A stretch of DNA of 62,371 nucleotides, filler included, from Globobulimina sp. (GCA_003354225.1; 33 parts of 33 records of this genome joined end to end with filler, not necessarily neighbours in it); one strand, 5' to 3'. Counted from the first letter of the whole stretch, positions 1 through 13,161 are shown. The notes: generated by a model from the sequence alone, not told the origin. Made by a program: numbers and translations.

Positions 1-1
1 G

Positions 2-1795
2 ATTAATGCATTGGATTTTTGGGTTGGTGATGGGGTCTGGTATCGGACCGTTTATTTTTGCGAAGAAGTCTGCCAATGCTGTATTTTTGGGGACCAAGCC
101 ATTTTTGTAGCGGAGATATGGCTCATCCTCAACATAGTCAAGGCTGCGGTTCATGTTTTTGAACTTTTTCAGTTTCTGGCAATGATTAAGGTTGCAGAAG
201 TTGACAGTGTTTCTTCGCAATGTATTTATTTTGTTTTGTTCATAGATTTTGCGGGCTTTTTCCAGGATTTCATTTCCCTGGTCGAAGTCAGGGTCAGTGT
301 TATTTAAACAGTTCTGTTTTATGTTCAGATTTATTCTGTTTATGGACGAATCTGACCATTTACTTATAGACTCAAAGTCAGAAACACCGAAAGCTTTTAT
401 GCTCGCTAAATGGAGAGTATATAGGACGCAGAGGGAGACAATATTGGAGATGAAGTTGCGATCATTGGTACTGGTGTAATATTCTGTACCTGTGCTAAAC
501 TTTTTTATATGTCGCAAGCGATCCGCAATTATTTCCCTGTGCTGCATAGCGAGCTTGGTATTAGGGTCATAACTGCGTAGAACAAAATGCTGATCTGCAT
601 ATTTGACGCTGCATTCGGTGTTTTTTAGGGCAAATATGACCGGCCTATGGTCAGTGAAAATTGGGCTAGTGTCAACTTTGAGTGTTTTAATGGCGTTTAT
701 ATGGTCAGTCATCACATAGTCAATGATTGACCCGCCAGAATGTGTGATGTCCTTTGAAAGACAGGTTAAGAAATATGGGGCGAAGATAGGGTTGGCAATG
801 CGCAGATTGATGCTTCTTAGAAGGGATTTCATGTGGCGATAGTGAGCATTTGTGTTATGGTCAGTGGTTTCGGCACCCAATCTTGCGTTGAAATCACCGA
901 TCACGAATATATTGTCACATTGTGGTTTGTAACGCACGATATCTGCTGTTAGAGCATGGTAGAATTTATCACTGCGAGCTGCTAGTTTGGCTTTGTAGGG
1001 CCGTATGTAGTTTATGGCAATGAAGGTTGGTTTTGTTTGGGAGGCAAAATCAATTGATATCCAGATGGTGTTCATGCCTCTCGTTTTTTGAATATAATGT
1101 ATGTTATTTTTTAAATGTCTTTTTTTATACACCATGATACCACCAATGTGTGACAGGTTATTTGAATGTGTGGGCGCTTTGTGGGCGATGAGAGTGTAGC
1201 CAGGGAGGCTCCAATCAGGTCTGGCTATGCAGCGGGTGTCTATTAGACATATTAGATCTAACTTGTGGTGGACTACTAACTGCTGCATGTAAGGGTGGAC
1301 ATGTTGGGTTTTATATTTGGTCCTTCCATTAATGTTCAGGAAGCCTATTGTTAGGTTCTTGAGAGAGATTTTGGTGGCTGTGATGGGTTCTATTTTGGGG
1401 GCATAGATTTGGAGGAATGGTAACTTTTGGATGATGTTTGGGAGGTCATCTTGTTTGAACTTATCATTATTAAGGTGGCAGTTGGCGACTTTGTGAATTA
1501 GATATTTTTTGTATCTCTTAAGATTGGGATGGTTGGTGCGATGGATGGAAATCGCATATTTAAACAACTGATTGAGGGACAAAATGGCGTTATTTTTCAT
1601 ATTATTTATATGGTTGGCACGAGAGATTCTGTGGAGGTTCGTGCAATTGAACCGCTGTATAGTCTGCCAATGGGAGATAATTTCTTTCGGGCGCACTTTG
1701 TCTGGCACATTCCAACGAATATGATATTTATTATGTTTGATAGATTGCTGAATGGAGGCTTCCCCGTCAACATAGTTATAATCATTGATAAATTT
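2..1795 (-). mobile_element. Non-LTR retrotransposon ORF with APE/EEP endonuclease domain (partial, open at both ends; absent from the ORF track)
   Basis: Manual translation is stop-free over the whole contig: TIGFLNINGR, LDLICLIDTR, GGIMVY, INYIRP, VIGDFNARLG, SIIDYV, TDHRPV, then a linker ending ALADFFAKI, as seen before RT domains; A/C-rich coding strand. Confidence 0.9.
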
Positions 1796-1895
1796 NNNNN
1801 NNNNNNNNNNNNNNNNNNNNNNNNNNNNNNNNNNNNNNNTTAATTAATTAANNNNNNNNNNNNNNNNNNNNNNNNNNNNNNNNNNNNNNNNNNNN

Positions 1896-2425
1896 TTTAC
1901 AGTCGTCGCCAGCAACGTTATTCGAGTTAATATCAATAATTATATTTTGTGTGTTTGTCCCAGCGTAAACCTGCATTTCTTTGAAACCTTTTTTGGAATT
2001 TGCCATATCAAATGTTGCATTTCCAGAGTTGGGTGCGTTTATAATCGCTTTTTTCATACATTCATCGCCATTGGCAATAACGTAGAGGTTGTTACTGTCG
2101 CTGGCAATGATGGTGGCCTTTTCGGCGCATTTTTTCTCCTCACAATAAAAATAACATTCTCCTGCGTTTCCACAATCGAAGGTTCCCGATTTACCCTCCT
2201 CTTTTTCATCACAGTGGATGTTACAAACACCATTGGCATCATCAACGCATGTATGGTCTGCGCCAGATACTGACACGAAATAATTGGATTGCATTGTTGG
2301 TGCTGTGTAATATGTTAATATATTGTGTCAATTTGTTTACTTCATCATACACAATATACGGTGTTCGTACATGTTAGAAACGCATAAACACATAATGAGA
2401 CAACGCCTAATTTTTGGTATAACAT
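1896..2425 (-). CDS. Secreted Cys-rich repeat protein, 5' part
   Basis: ATG 2425 gives signal-like MLYQKLGVVSLCVYAFLT; GT-AG intron 2370-2303 joins in frame to the Cys-rich exon (CVDDANGVCNIHC...CYFYCEEKKC). Confidence 0.7.
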
Positions 2426-2463
2426 GATTATTATTAAAAAAACGCAGCAAAAATGCTCTAAAA

Positions 2464-3279
2464 ATGATTATTAAAAAACGCAATACTGTAATGGCTCCGT
2501 TTATTCTCTCTGTTTTATTATTACTCAACAACGGTGTTGCTGTTACGGGGCAAACCATATCCACCACGACAACAACCTCCACCGAAGAAAGCGGCTCGAT
2601 ATCAGAAGGTGAAACCTATGCAGCTTTGGGGATATTGGGCTTTTTGGTTTTGTTATTTGCAATAATTTGCGCAGATGTTATCCATAAACGATTTCAACAA
2701 AATCAACAATCACTTATGCCCTTTGCTTTTGATTTGGACAAAACATTAATTGGAAGAAATCCAAATGTGATCAAACCGGTCCCTCAAAGCGCCGAACCTG
2801 CTGCAAAAAAAAAACCCAATGCCAATATTTATAAGAAAGTAATGTTAATCGAAGCGAAAGCGAAGGAGGACAAAGCAGAGGAAGAGGAGGAGAAAAAAGC
2901 CAGAACTAAACCCAAAACAGCACCGGCTGTCCCTACGAATGATGTAATAATTGAGGTGAAAGAGGATAAAGAAGAAGAAGAAGAGGAGAAAATATCAACA
3001 ACTAAACCTAAAACACCGCCAGCTGTCACAATGAACGATGCGTGGAATGAAAAAGAAAAAGAAAAAAAAGAAAAAGCGCAGAAAGAGAAGGAAGAAAAAG
3101 AGAAAAAAAAGAATATAATGGCAATGGATGATGCATGGAATGATTCAGAGAGTGAAGAAAATGGAGATTTAGTGGTCGAAATGCATTCTTTTAAAACTCA
3201 AATCGATAACAGGCTCACATCACAGACTGACAACACGCAGTCAGATTTTTTTAATGCTCGGCAAAGCACAAGGTTATAA
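2464..3279 (+). CDS. Single-pass membrane protein with signal peptide and charged, internally duplicated tail
   Basis: Hydrophobic N-terminus, TM segment ALGILGFLVLLFAIICA, duplicated KEDK..EEEEEK..TKPKT.PAV. Confidence 0.7.
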   Translation: MIIKKRNTVMAPFILSVLLLLNNGVAVTGQTISTTTTTSTEESGSISEGETYAALGILGFLVLLFAIICADVIHKRFQQNQQSLMPFAFDLDKTLIGRNPNVIKPVPQSAEPAAKKKPNANIYKKVMLIEAKAKEDKAEEEEEKKARTKPKTAPAVPTNDVIIEVKEDKEEEEEEKISTTKPKTPPAVTMNDAWNEKEKEKKEKAQKEKEEKEKKKNIMAMDDAWNDSESEENGDLVVEMHSFKTQIDNRLTSQTDNTQSDFFNARQSTRL

Positions 3280-3790
3280 TTATCATTTTTTATGTCTTTG
3301 ATTTAAAATATAGCCTTGTTGCGCCAATGTACGTTGTTTTCAAATTACATCAATTAAATTCATTTTTATCGTTTGACGTTTGTGTTGGATATTTTTGTAT
3401 ATATTCTTAAAATAATGTATGTACCGCATGGTATATCTATAATGTGCAGATTTCATATACAACAAACCACGCATATTCAGAGGCAACCATTGCTGGTTTA
3501 TAAATGAGATTCGATAAGGTAGCTAGTTCAGCGAATAATGAAGAATGTTCCTATTGTTTGTGTATACTAAACCTTTTCTTCAAATATTGGTTGTGACAAA
3601 GAAAAAAAACGTCATGGCGAAGTCCACAAACTCTGATCATCAAAATGAGGGTAAATTTACATTCTTGTCATTCTTGTCAATTCGAACTAGNNNNNNNNNN
3701 NNNNNNNNNNNNNNNNNNNNNNNNNNNNNNNNNNTTAATTAATTAANNNNNNNNNNNNNNNNNNNNNNNNNNNNNNNNNNNNNNNNNNNN

Positions 3791-4299
3791 GAAACAGTGT
3801 GATAGTTATCGTTTCTATCCAAGTTGGCCCAAATTAATTCAATATCAATTATTTCACACAAATTTGTCGATGTCGATTTTATATTCGATACATGGCGCAG
3901 TGAAATGTCATTTAATGCATTTTTAACAGATTTATTATTACAAACACTGAATAAAGAAAAGAATACAATGTACATAATTGAGTTTTTCATCATCTTTTTA
4001 TTTTGATATTTTTTGCGCATTTGTTTAATATTATGTTTCATAAATTCGTTTTTAAGAATGGATAAATTTATATTCCATACTCGTAAGCTTGTATGTTTCA
4101 CATTGAATTCATTTAACCTCCGCTGCAAATCACGTTTACTGAAATATACTTTCAAGCGTTGATTATATGGATATATTTTCTCCCAATTAAAACCAATTTT
4201 AACTTTGAATAAATTACCAACAGTTGCGAGATCCATAAATGTAATTAATACTTGTCCCACAATTGCAAATAAGCATCGTATTTCTCTCTCGGATGGCAT
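3791..4299 (-). CDS. Hypothetical protein, 5' part
   Basis: ORF from ATG to contig end; no recognised motif. Confidence 0.4.
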
Positions 4300-4371
4300 G
4301 TTGATTTAATTAAGTTTTGGAATCAAAAAACTTTATCTTTATAAACATACATCCAAACCTTCGCTAGTGAT

Positions 4372-5585
4372 ATGCCTAAAAGACGGCACAGCAACAAAAA
4401 CAAACAGAATAAAAAGCGAAACAATAGAAAGACAAAAAAGCTACAAAAAGGAAAGAAAAGAAACGAAAGTACGATTAATATTAATTTTTTAAATCATGAT
4501 TGTGCTGTTTTCAAATGCGATATGTTTGGAAGTACAGGAAACGAGAATGTGAATGAAGATGATATTATAAAAAGTATGGAAATGAACCAACAGTATAAAT
4601 TTATTGAATTTATTAAAACATTAAATGTAAATTACAAACCTATAAAGAAATTGTCATTCTGTGAAAAGATTGAAAGAATTAAACAAAACATTCAAAATAT
4701 TCAATGTTATGGTGCTAAAGATGTTAAATTAAAGGTTTTAGATCAATCACTACGTATTTTACATTCGTTTGAGGAAGAAGATGATGAAAAAATGAATATA
4801 AATCAAACAGTGATCAACGAAATTCATTGTGATATTTTACTAAACATCGGAAATATTTTATTACTTAAATCCGAAACAAATGCAAACATTAATGATATTG
4901 TTACTGCATTGAATCATTTTAATATGATATTATATATTAATAAGACGGCACAAAGTAACCTTTTTATTCATTTTTTAAGAATAAAATGTTTATTTAGATT
5001 AGGTTTATTTGAAAAAGCTGAGTCAATGTTAAAAACATTTGAAATAAAATTAAAGAGTATGGAACCGTTGGAATGCGGCGATGAAAAAGACAAAATTCCG
5101 TCAAATTATCAAGAAATTTTTGCAAAAGAAAGAAATTCCCCGATTGCCGAAAATATTAATTCTTGTATCAAAGAATTCGAAAAGGTATTATTAAGATATT
5201 GTGATTCATCAAATAAATCTACAAAATTTATTACAAAATTTGTAGAAAAAATGTTTAATTTTTTTTATTGTCCATTGCGGGAAACATTTATGTATAATAT
5301 TTTATTTTTATCAATTTCTCATTTATTACAATGTAAACAGTGGGAAATGAAGGACTTATGTGATTTTTGTCGCTCTCTCGACGTGTTAGAACTTGACACA
5401 ATTACGGTATCTGACATATTGCCGCAATGTATTGGTATAATTAGTATTATTTTAAAATGGCAGCCAATGGATGTTATGCAATGTATTAATAAGATGTCAC
5501 GAGTTGGTTTATTGGGCAATAATAAACCTCAAATATTTGATGTGTTTGATATGTTTATTTCTTCTTTTTCTGCTTATTTTAAATA
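4372..5585 (+). CDS. Hypothetical protein with basic NLS-like N-terminus and TPR-like helices, 5' part
   Basis: About 400-codon ORF in AT-rich DNA; CLFRLGLFEKAE is TPR-like. Confidence 0.65.
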
Positions 5586-6120
5586 NNNNNNNNNNNNNNN
5601 NNNNNNNNNNNNNNNNNNNNNNNNNNNNNTTAATTAATTAANNNNNNNNNNNNNNNNNNNNNNNNNNNNNNNNNNNNNNNNNNNNAAATCGATTTGGAGC
5701 AACTTTTTGTCGTCTTCCACTTTTGTCGTCTTCCGAATAAAATGAAACTAGCTCACTCTAAACGACATAGAACCCCAGGAAGGAACAAATACTTTGTCCT
5801 CCCAAGGGGATAAATAATAATAAACACCAGAATTCAGAAAATGAAGTTGCGATCTGATTATTAACGAGTTGATCTTTTCTAAAACCCACATTTTTCAGTT
5901 AGTCATTCCAATTTATAGGATGGCTCAATCAATACAATACACAATTTATCATCTAATTATAGTCAAGAAAAGAGGCAATAAATCACAAGATATAACATCT
6001 CAGCTGCATCAAACGTTAGATAAAGTATAAAAAGTATATATTTAGCATAGACTAGTCTATTATTAGATATTTCTAGCGCTAACGGCCAGGACTTAGGACT
6101 AGAACTAATTAAACAAATTA

Positions 6121-7479
6121 ATGTCAAAGGAATCCCAGAAGATGGCAATAGAAACTGGTGGAAAGAACTTCTTTTCATCTCCAGAAGCTATAAATAACGA
6201 ACAAGATTGTTTCGATTTGCTTAAATCGATTTTTGATTATTCTAAAAGGTGTTATCATTTTGAAAATATTTCAGAAAAAGATGTTCCATTCCCAATTATG
6301 TTCATATTGAATTTTTGGAGAATCCAAGCACAATTACGTACAATTACTATTGCTCCAGAAAATATAATTTTTATACAGCAAAATATTGAAAAATCGTTTC
6401 TAATGAATTACAAACCAATTCAAATTCCATTTTTATATGCAATCATTCTACAAAGAAAAGGGATGATATTTAATTGTATATCAACAGAAAATGGTATTAA
6501 TAACACCACGCAATTGCAACAAGCACAAGCATTAACATATTGGCGAACTGCATTAAAATTTATTTATATTTATGAAAATCAACTGAAGAATAATAAATTG
6601 AATAATCTGTCAGAAATTGTATCGAAGCGTTTAAAGAAACACAATAGTTTTACATTGTTACGTGGAGAATTATTAATTCAGCTAAACACTGCATATATTC
6701 GTACAAATAATAGCAAGATGATTATGGAAACGATGAATGAATCATGTGCTTATTTTATTATAAATCATAAAAAATACTCATGTTACAGTTACAACGATTA
6801 TGGTCATGCTGCTTTTGATTTTGCAACACAAATAATCAAAAGAATAGCATCTTGGGATTACAATTATAAAGGAAAAAATTGTAACTATCAAAAAAGATAT
6901 AAATATTTATTGAAAATTGCAATAAAATCAGTAAGGAATACGTATGGAATTACAGGACGTTTATATGCTGGAAAATATGGTTCATTGGTTAGCCATTTGG
7001 CATATTATTATGCTTTATTTGAGAATAAATTTAATAAATCACGTAAATTATTATACAAAGCAATTAATATCATCCAAAGTCATGGAAAATATGAACCCGC
7101 AGTTTTGCTAAGGGATGCTTATGACTTTTTGGTTTTAATTGAAATGGCAAATTGTAATGTTGTACAATGTGAGTATGTATTGTCAATGAGTATGGATTTT
7201 AATAAGCATTATAATTTAATATCATTTTTGAATGATGACAAACACACTTTAAAGGAAGTACAAAATATGAAAAATTGGAGCAAAGTTAGGAAACATAAAC
7301 ATTTCAAATTTTATTGGAATTCAGTTGAGCAACGTAGAAAGGAAAAATCGATGGGACAAATATCAAACAAATGTTTATTGCAATATACTAAATATTTTGA
7401 AAGTAAAAGTCACTACCGTACTTTAACAAATTTATCATCTTTTAAAGAATGTAACTATTCCAAACGCAAAAGGAAAGAT
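6121..7479 (+). CDS. Helical/TPR-like protein, possibly preceding a C-terminal MYND-type finger (truncated)
   Basis: About 450-codon ORF; ends KECNY at the contig edge; the MYND call is only a guess. Confidence 0.6.
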
Positions 7480-7733
7480 NNNNNNNNNNNNNNNNNNNNN
7501 NNNNNNNNNNNNNNNNNNNNNNNTTAATTAATTAANNNNNNNNNNNNNNNNNNNNNNNNNNNNNNNNNNNNNNNNNNNNGGTTATCTTTTGGAATATATC
7601 GTTCAGTTAAATGCACGAATTCTATACACTAAGAAAACTTCTTCAAAATACTAGAAATCAATATCAGACATTATCAGTATACACACTATTTTTATACTAT
7701 ACAATATTTTAATAAAGATGTTGTATTTTCAAG

Positions 7734-8432
7734 TTATAAATAAACCGTATTACCGACTCCAACAAGAGTAGCTTTCCGATCTCTTTCTTCATCACACCCG
7801 ACATTTCCCTGAGTATCCTGTGCAGCATCAATATGATTTACAACCGGTGCTATCGAATTGATAATATTATTATCAGCATTTACAAAACTCTCTGGTGTCA
7901 CTACAATATGTCCAACTACCTCCATATCATTTACATCATGACTTTGTACATTATCACCAGAAATATTTGCGCTCATTCCTTCGTCGCTATTAATTCTTTG
8001 CATCGGGACCGATTTACTTCCAATTCGCTCCCTAATTGCTTTTGTATTCACTTCAGCATTATTTTTGCGTTTTGAACATTTATAAACAGCGACTGCAGCA
8101 AATCCACCAATAATTACTAATAAGCTCGTCAAAACAACCACAATTACAGTGGCTGTGTAACCTGAACTTTTCTCATTTTTAATTGTTTGTTGATCACTGG
8201 AAGCTGTGTTGGTAACAGTTACATCAGCAACAGCACCATCTCCTGTTGGTGCAGTTGTGGTAGTTGTAGTGGTTTGAATTGTAAATGACACACTCAAACT
8301 ATCAAGATTTACATTGTCATATCCATTATATTGCGCTCCATTGAAATAAAATTCTAATTGACTTATCATATACGCTGCCATTTCATCTCTATCATCATTA
8401 ATTTTAGCATACAATGCATCATAAACATCCAT
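7734..8432 (-). CDS. C-terminal exon of a single-pass surface protein
   Basis: Thr-rich stalk, TM VIVVVLTSLLVIIGGFAAVAVY, then basic stop-transfer KCSKRK. Confidence 0.7.
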   Translation of the reverse strand: MDVYDALYAKINDDRDEMAAYMISQLEFYFNGAQYNGYDNVNLDSLSVSFTIQTTTTTTTAPTGDGAVADVTVTNTASSDQQTIKNEKSSGYTATVIVVVLTSLLVIIGGFAAVAVYKCSKRKNNAEVNTKAIRERIGSKSVPMQRINSDEGMSANISGDNVQSHDVNDMEVVGHIVVTPESFVNADNNIINSIAPVVNHIDAAQDTQGNVGCDEERDRKATLVGVGNTVYL

Positions 8433-8819
8433 TGCATAGCTACAAACATTAAGTTGTATCTCTGTGTTACCCGTTATTCCTTTGTTTATATGTATTACAA
8501 ATTACAAACATTTTGATTAATATGCTCGGAATCAGAAACAATTCTGCATATTCTGGTGGTGTTGAGGGTATCCAAAATTCAAAATTTACAGAATGATATT
8601 GAATGACTAACTCACTTCTAATGATTCATTTCCATTCAACGCGAATGCAATTTTGTTTAAACCACACCTCTGACCATGCAAATATAAATAAAAATGCAGT
8701 CGAAGTGAATGTGATAAAATGAATCTTATATACATTACACAGACTGGTAAACGAAAACGCACATTGTTTCATATCCTAATATTATAAAGCAAGACAAAAA
8801 AACAATATATATAAAATAC

Positions 8820-9373
8820 CTCGCAATTCCAAGTAAAAACAGTTCCAAAAATCATCACATAATGTATGAATATCGAATATGAAGGAATCACTCATTATAT
8901 TATATATAATACTTTTTATTTTGCTTACTACAAATTCTTGTAATTTACTATCAATCCTATAATCATTTGTATCAACACCAACCAAATCACTAATTGTAAG
9001 TAATAACGGTATACAGTACACTGCAGAATTTGGATTTCGTGCTGGTGGCGCTGTAATTGGCGATTTAGATGGTATATTTGAAGGGTGTTGTGTTGGATTT
9101 GATGATGGGTCGGATGTAGGTTCAAAAGTTGGATCAAACGTAGGCTCAAAAGTAGGGTCAAAGGTAGGATCCATCGTAGGATCCATCGTAGGATAAATGG
9201 TGGGATCCGTGGTAGGATCTACAGTAGGATCTGTAGTCGGATATTGTGTCGGATTTTTAGTGGGCGATTTTGATGGATTGGGGGTCTCCTCAGGTTTTGT
9301 GGGGCTGCGTGTAGGCAATGTGGTAGGTGCAGGCGTGGGTGATTTAGTTGGCGATGAGGTAATGTCAGTGGGG
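8820..9373 (-). CDS. PTxDPT mucin-like repeat exon (probably the same gene as 7734-8432)
   Basis: PTTDPTVDPTTDPTIYPTMDPT repeats; GT donor at 8819. Confidence 0.7.
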
Positions 9374-9473
9374 NNNNNNNNNNNNNNNNNNNNNNNNNNN
9401 NNNNNNNNNNNNNNNNNTTAATTAATTAANNNNNNNNNNNNNNNNNNNNNNNNNNNNNNNNNNNNNNNNNNNN

Positions 9474-10159
9474 AATTTAAATTGTCAGATATCTCTAAAT
9501 TGCCCGTTTATTTTTGGATATTGTCTGCAGGTTTTATTCTATTTGGAGGCGCCACGAGATCTTTTACAAATATTTCAGTTTCATTCATTCATCATATGTT
9601 TGGATATGACTATGAATTTTCAACATTAATTCTCGTATTTCGCAGTTGTGTGGGACTTTTCGTGCATTTAATATTTGGGTATTTAACAACCAGATTTGGT
9701 CGGAAAATGGAATTTTTATTATTTTCAAATATTTGTGCTATTGTTGCCTTTTATATTTATGGATGGATTCATTCACATGTTTTTTTTGCATTTTTTGGTA
9801 CATTTTTAATGGCCGTATCGTACGCAGGTTTCCCTGTGTTTTGGTCAGCCATTCCATTGATTGTTATTGAACAGATCACCGGGACAGCTTTTGGCTTTGC
9901 TGAGGCGATTCATTTTCTTATCACTGGTTTGTGTTATATTATCGTTGGACTTCTGACAGAGACAAATGATGGCAATCAAAAGTATATTGAGGCGGTATAT
10001 TTTTTTTTAGGAGCAATGGCAGTATCATCCATTATTTATATTATTTCAATGTATTTAGATGTAACACAAAATCACTCTGTTTTGAGGAGGAAAATGCATC
10101 CGGAAGTTGATAAAATATCGTTAATGACAAGAATGAGCATTGTAAGTGCGTGTGAATAA
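9474..10159 (+). CDS. MFS transporter, C-terminal half (MFSD1-like)
   Basis: Six hydrophobic helices, FGYLTTRFGRK motif-A variant, WSAIPLIV...GTAFG. Confidence 0.8.
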
Positions 10160-10654
10160 GATATACGTACATACATTATTAGTATTATTATAGTTTTAAC
10201 TTTTGTATAGTGAGTAATCTGAAATCCAACAGGTGGCAGTGATAACCCTCTCCCTGGTCGATAAGTTGTATACATTTGATTTAATTATCTGAGAAACGCT
10301 TTGCAAATCCAGAAACGGTTTTCTATAGGTTTGTCTTGGTTTGTTTTGTGTTTGTTATAACTTTGTCTTGGGTTTGCAAATCCAGAACAAAGTCAGAACA
10401 CATTTATAATTGAACCAAATGTATACAAAGGGGGGGTGGGGGTTATCTTTTGGAATATAGAATTGATCGCAGAGTACATGTTTGTCGTTTAAAATTCGCA
10501 GAGTTTTCAAATGTTGGTTGGTTATGATAAGGGAAAAAAAGTCATGATAACCCTTTATTATAACCACCATTTGAAAACTCTGAAAATCTATCGATCATCA
10601 AACTTTGTTTTTAATAAACTAGCATTTATGTACAATTAAGTTATTATTTACTTA

Positions 10655-11267
10655 TTAATATCTTTTAACAGTTAAATCTTTATCCACATCATCCAATAAA
10701 TACTGATGCAATGTTTGAGCTCTATCATTTATTCTTTCGTTGATAATTTTATTTTTACTAATTTCAGCACAGATTTGCCTGCATTTAGTGTTACAGCAAA
10801 GACATAATTTATAATATAATTGACCATTCATTTTAAAATTCAAATAACAACACAATGATCCAACCATGCAATCAATATTCCAAATAAAATAATATATTCC
10901 ATTCACAATATTTGAATTATAATCAACATTCGATACGTTATACATTAACAATGTAGCAATAAGACCCATGATAACAAACAGTTGCGTACTTAACACAGCA
11001 GACACCACCAAAATTGTATATTTTGTCATCACAACAACCAATAACTTTTGTCGATCATCCAATGATAAATCCTCTCGATATCTGTCAAAAACACTCGGCG
11101 ATCTCACAATCTCTGTTAATTGTTGAGGGCTTATGAGTGGCACCGACGTGACAGAGGTTAAAGTCGAATATGTGTCCCTTCCATTTCTACTTTTCATTTC
11201 ATCAAAAATATCAACCGTCGCAAAACTAGATGACGTTGATTCTAATGTTTCTTTATGAGAATGATTA
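10655..11267 (-). CDS. Divergent 7TM/GPCR-like protein, C-terminal part
   Basis: TKYTILVVSAVLSTQ and IDCMVGSLCCYLNF...YYKLCLCC; same pattern as 44020-45209. Confidence 0.6.
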
Positions 11268-11367
11268 NNNNNNNNNNNNNNNNNNNNNNNNNNNNNNNNN
11301 NNNNNNNNNNNTTAATTAATTAANNNNNNNNNNNNNNNNNNNNNNNNNNNNNNNNNNNNNNNNNNNN

Positions 11368-12236
11368 AATTTTAGCAAAGCCAGGGTCTTTTTTTCCTTT
11401 CAGATCATTGTATAATATATGTTGTTCATTCTTTGATTCAGATCTAAAATGTGAAGATTTATCTATCATCATAGCCATAGCGTGTCGCATTTCTTTTTTT
11501 TCGTTGTATAAATCCATTGCACTCCATTTCTCATCTACATTTTTTATCAGTTTACCTTTTTTATCCTTTTGACCCCTAATCTGTGGATATTAATATTGTA
11601 TGATTTAAAAATGAATATATTATGAATACACCTTTGATAAAATGGAGTTTTGTAATACAGAAAGCTGCAAAGATTGCCATGGCTGAGTTAGAAACGTTAC
11701 AAAATCAATTTTGTCAATGTATCCGCGGCCGGAACCATCGGAATCCATACATTTGAACACTTGTTCAATTTCTTTATCTGTCAATGATACATTAAATCTA
11801 TGCATTGCAGCTTTAAATTCATGTAGTTCGATATCTCCATTGTGTTCGCTATCTATTTTATCGTACGCTGCTAATAACATTTCCTGTGTATTAAATATTG
11901 ACAGTGTATTGTTTACGTAGTTACTGTGGTGTTAACTTTTTCTTTTCTAAAATTTTTGATTTCTACTAAAGGATCTATATTCGCCACAGGTTTCTGTTTA
12001 TAATATTAATGAGTTTGCTAATTAATGGGTAAATAATTAGGTGCGTTGTATGTAACTGTTGCTGAGCAATAATTGTAATTATATTGTGTTGGTATTGCTG
12101 GTTTAGGAGATTGATATTGCGGAACCGGTTGAGGGTGTATAAAAAAATTATTTTGATGCATGTTGGATTGTGGTATTGATGGTGAGCAATTTGCAAAGTC
12201 CATATGTGTTATTGACAAAGAACTCAAGATGTCCAT
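11368..12236 (-). CDS. Multi-exon EF-hand protein, 5' part
   Basis: EF loops DSEHNGDIELHE and DSDGSGRGYIDKID; short GT-AG introns plausibly link the 12236, about 11990, 11883 and 11580 exons. Confidence 0.7.
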
Positions 12237-12732
12237 TGAATTGTGAATTGCTGAAGGTTGAGAATTTTGTGAGTGAACAATTTTTAATCAAACATTCTAC
12301 AGTCTACAGTCTACCATCAGACAACACCAATACTTATCTATCCAGCCAGGTATGTATCGGATATTTATAGTTTAATACACAAACAGCAAGCTTGCCTTTC
12401 TATTTTTATCCTTGTATTTACATTTTATTTATCTCTTTTTATTAAAATGTGTTTCATCTCGTTTCACACACTGACCAATATTGAAACTCATGTTTCCATT
12501 CATCTATTAAACCACAGGGGAATTGAAATTAAAATGAATAACATATTGCTCCAGAAAAACAATTCATAAATAATAAAAAACATAAAATAAAAAAAAGATA
12601 AATAAAAATGCAAAGATATGTGCACAAGAATAGAAATACACACTTTTAAGACATATAACACATTTTTTTTAAAAACTAACTCAAAAAAAACACAGAATAA
12701 CAAGCAGCAACATTAGTAATAGTGACAGCGAT

Positions 12733-13161
12733 ATGGATAATACAAACAACATTGAAAACGATAAAAAAGAAACAATTCCAGAAATCCAACAAATATCACC
12801 GCCAGAAATGCCAACCACCACAAACAGCAAACAAACCGCAAATAATTTGATATCATCATATGGGGCAATTACTGGGCAGTCACAAAGTGTGTCATCATCG
12901 AGATTTAACCCCATCACAAACACAAACACAAAGACAACGACAATCACAAACACCACAAACGGCACAGAAACAAAACAAAATGAACAATTATTAAACCAAT
13001 ATTCATATTATTTACCAAGCACTGCCACAGCCACAGCCACTGCAGCAACAGCCACCTCATTACCGCCCACTGTATTACCTCCCGCTATATTACCCACCGC
13101 CACTGCCACAGCCACCGCCACAGCAGCAGCTCAGCAGTATTTATTATACAATCAATTATCA
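12733..13161 (+). CDS. Low-complexity Thr/Ala/Gln-rich N-terminus
   Basis: ORF from ATG to contig end with ATATATA peptide repeats. Confidence 0.5.

Noticed and set aside
11-479. Short + strand ORFs here and the many antisense ORFs elsewhere (e.g. 9197-9421, 41241-41549, 53018-53345)
   Set aside because: Shadows of real genes or low-complexity repeats on the opposite strand
1796-1895. Regular TTAATTAATTAA palindromes and ORFs ending in X runs
   Set aside because: Artificial contig linkers; stops and protein ends there are not biological
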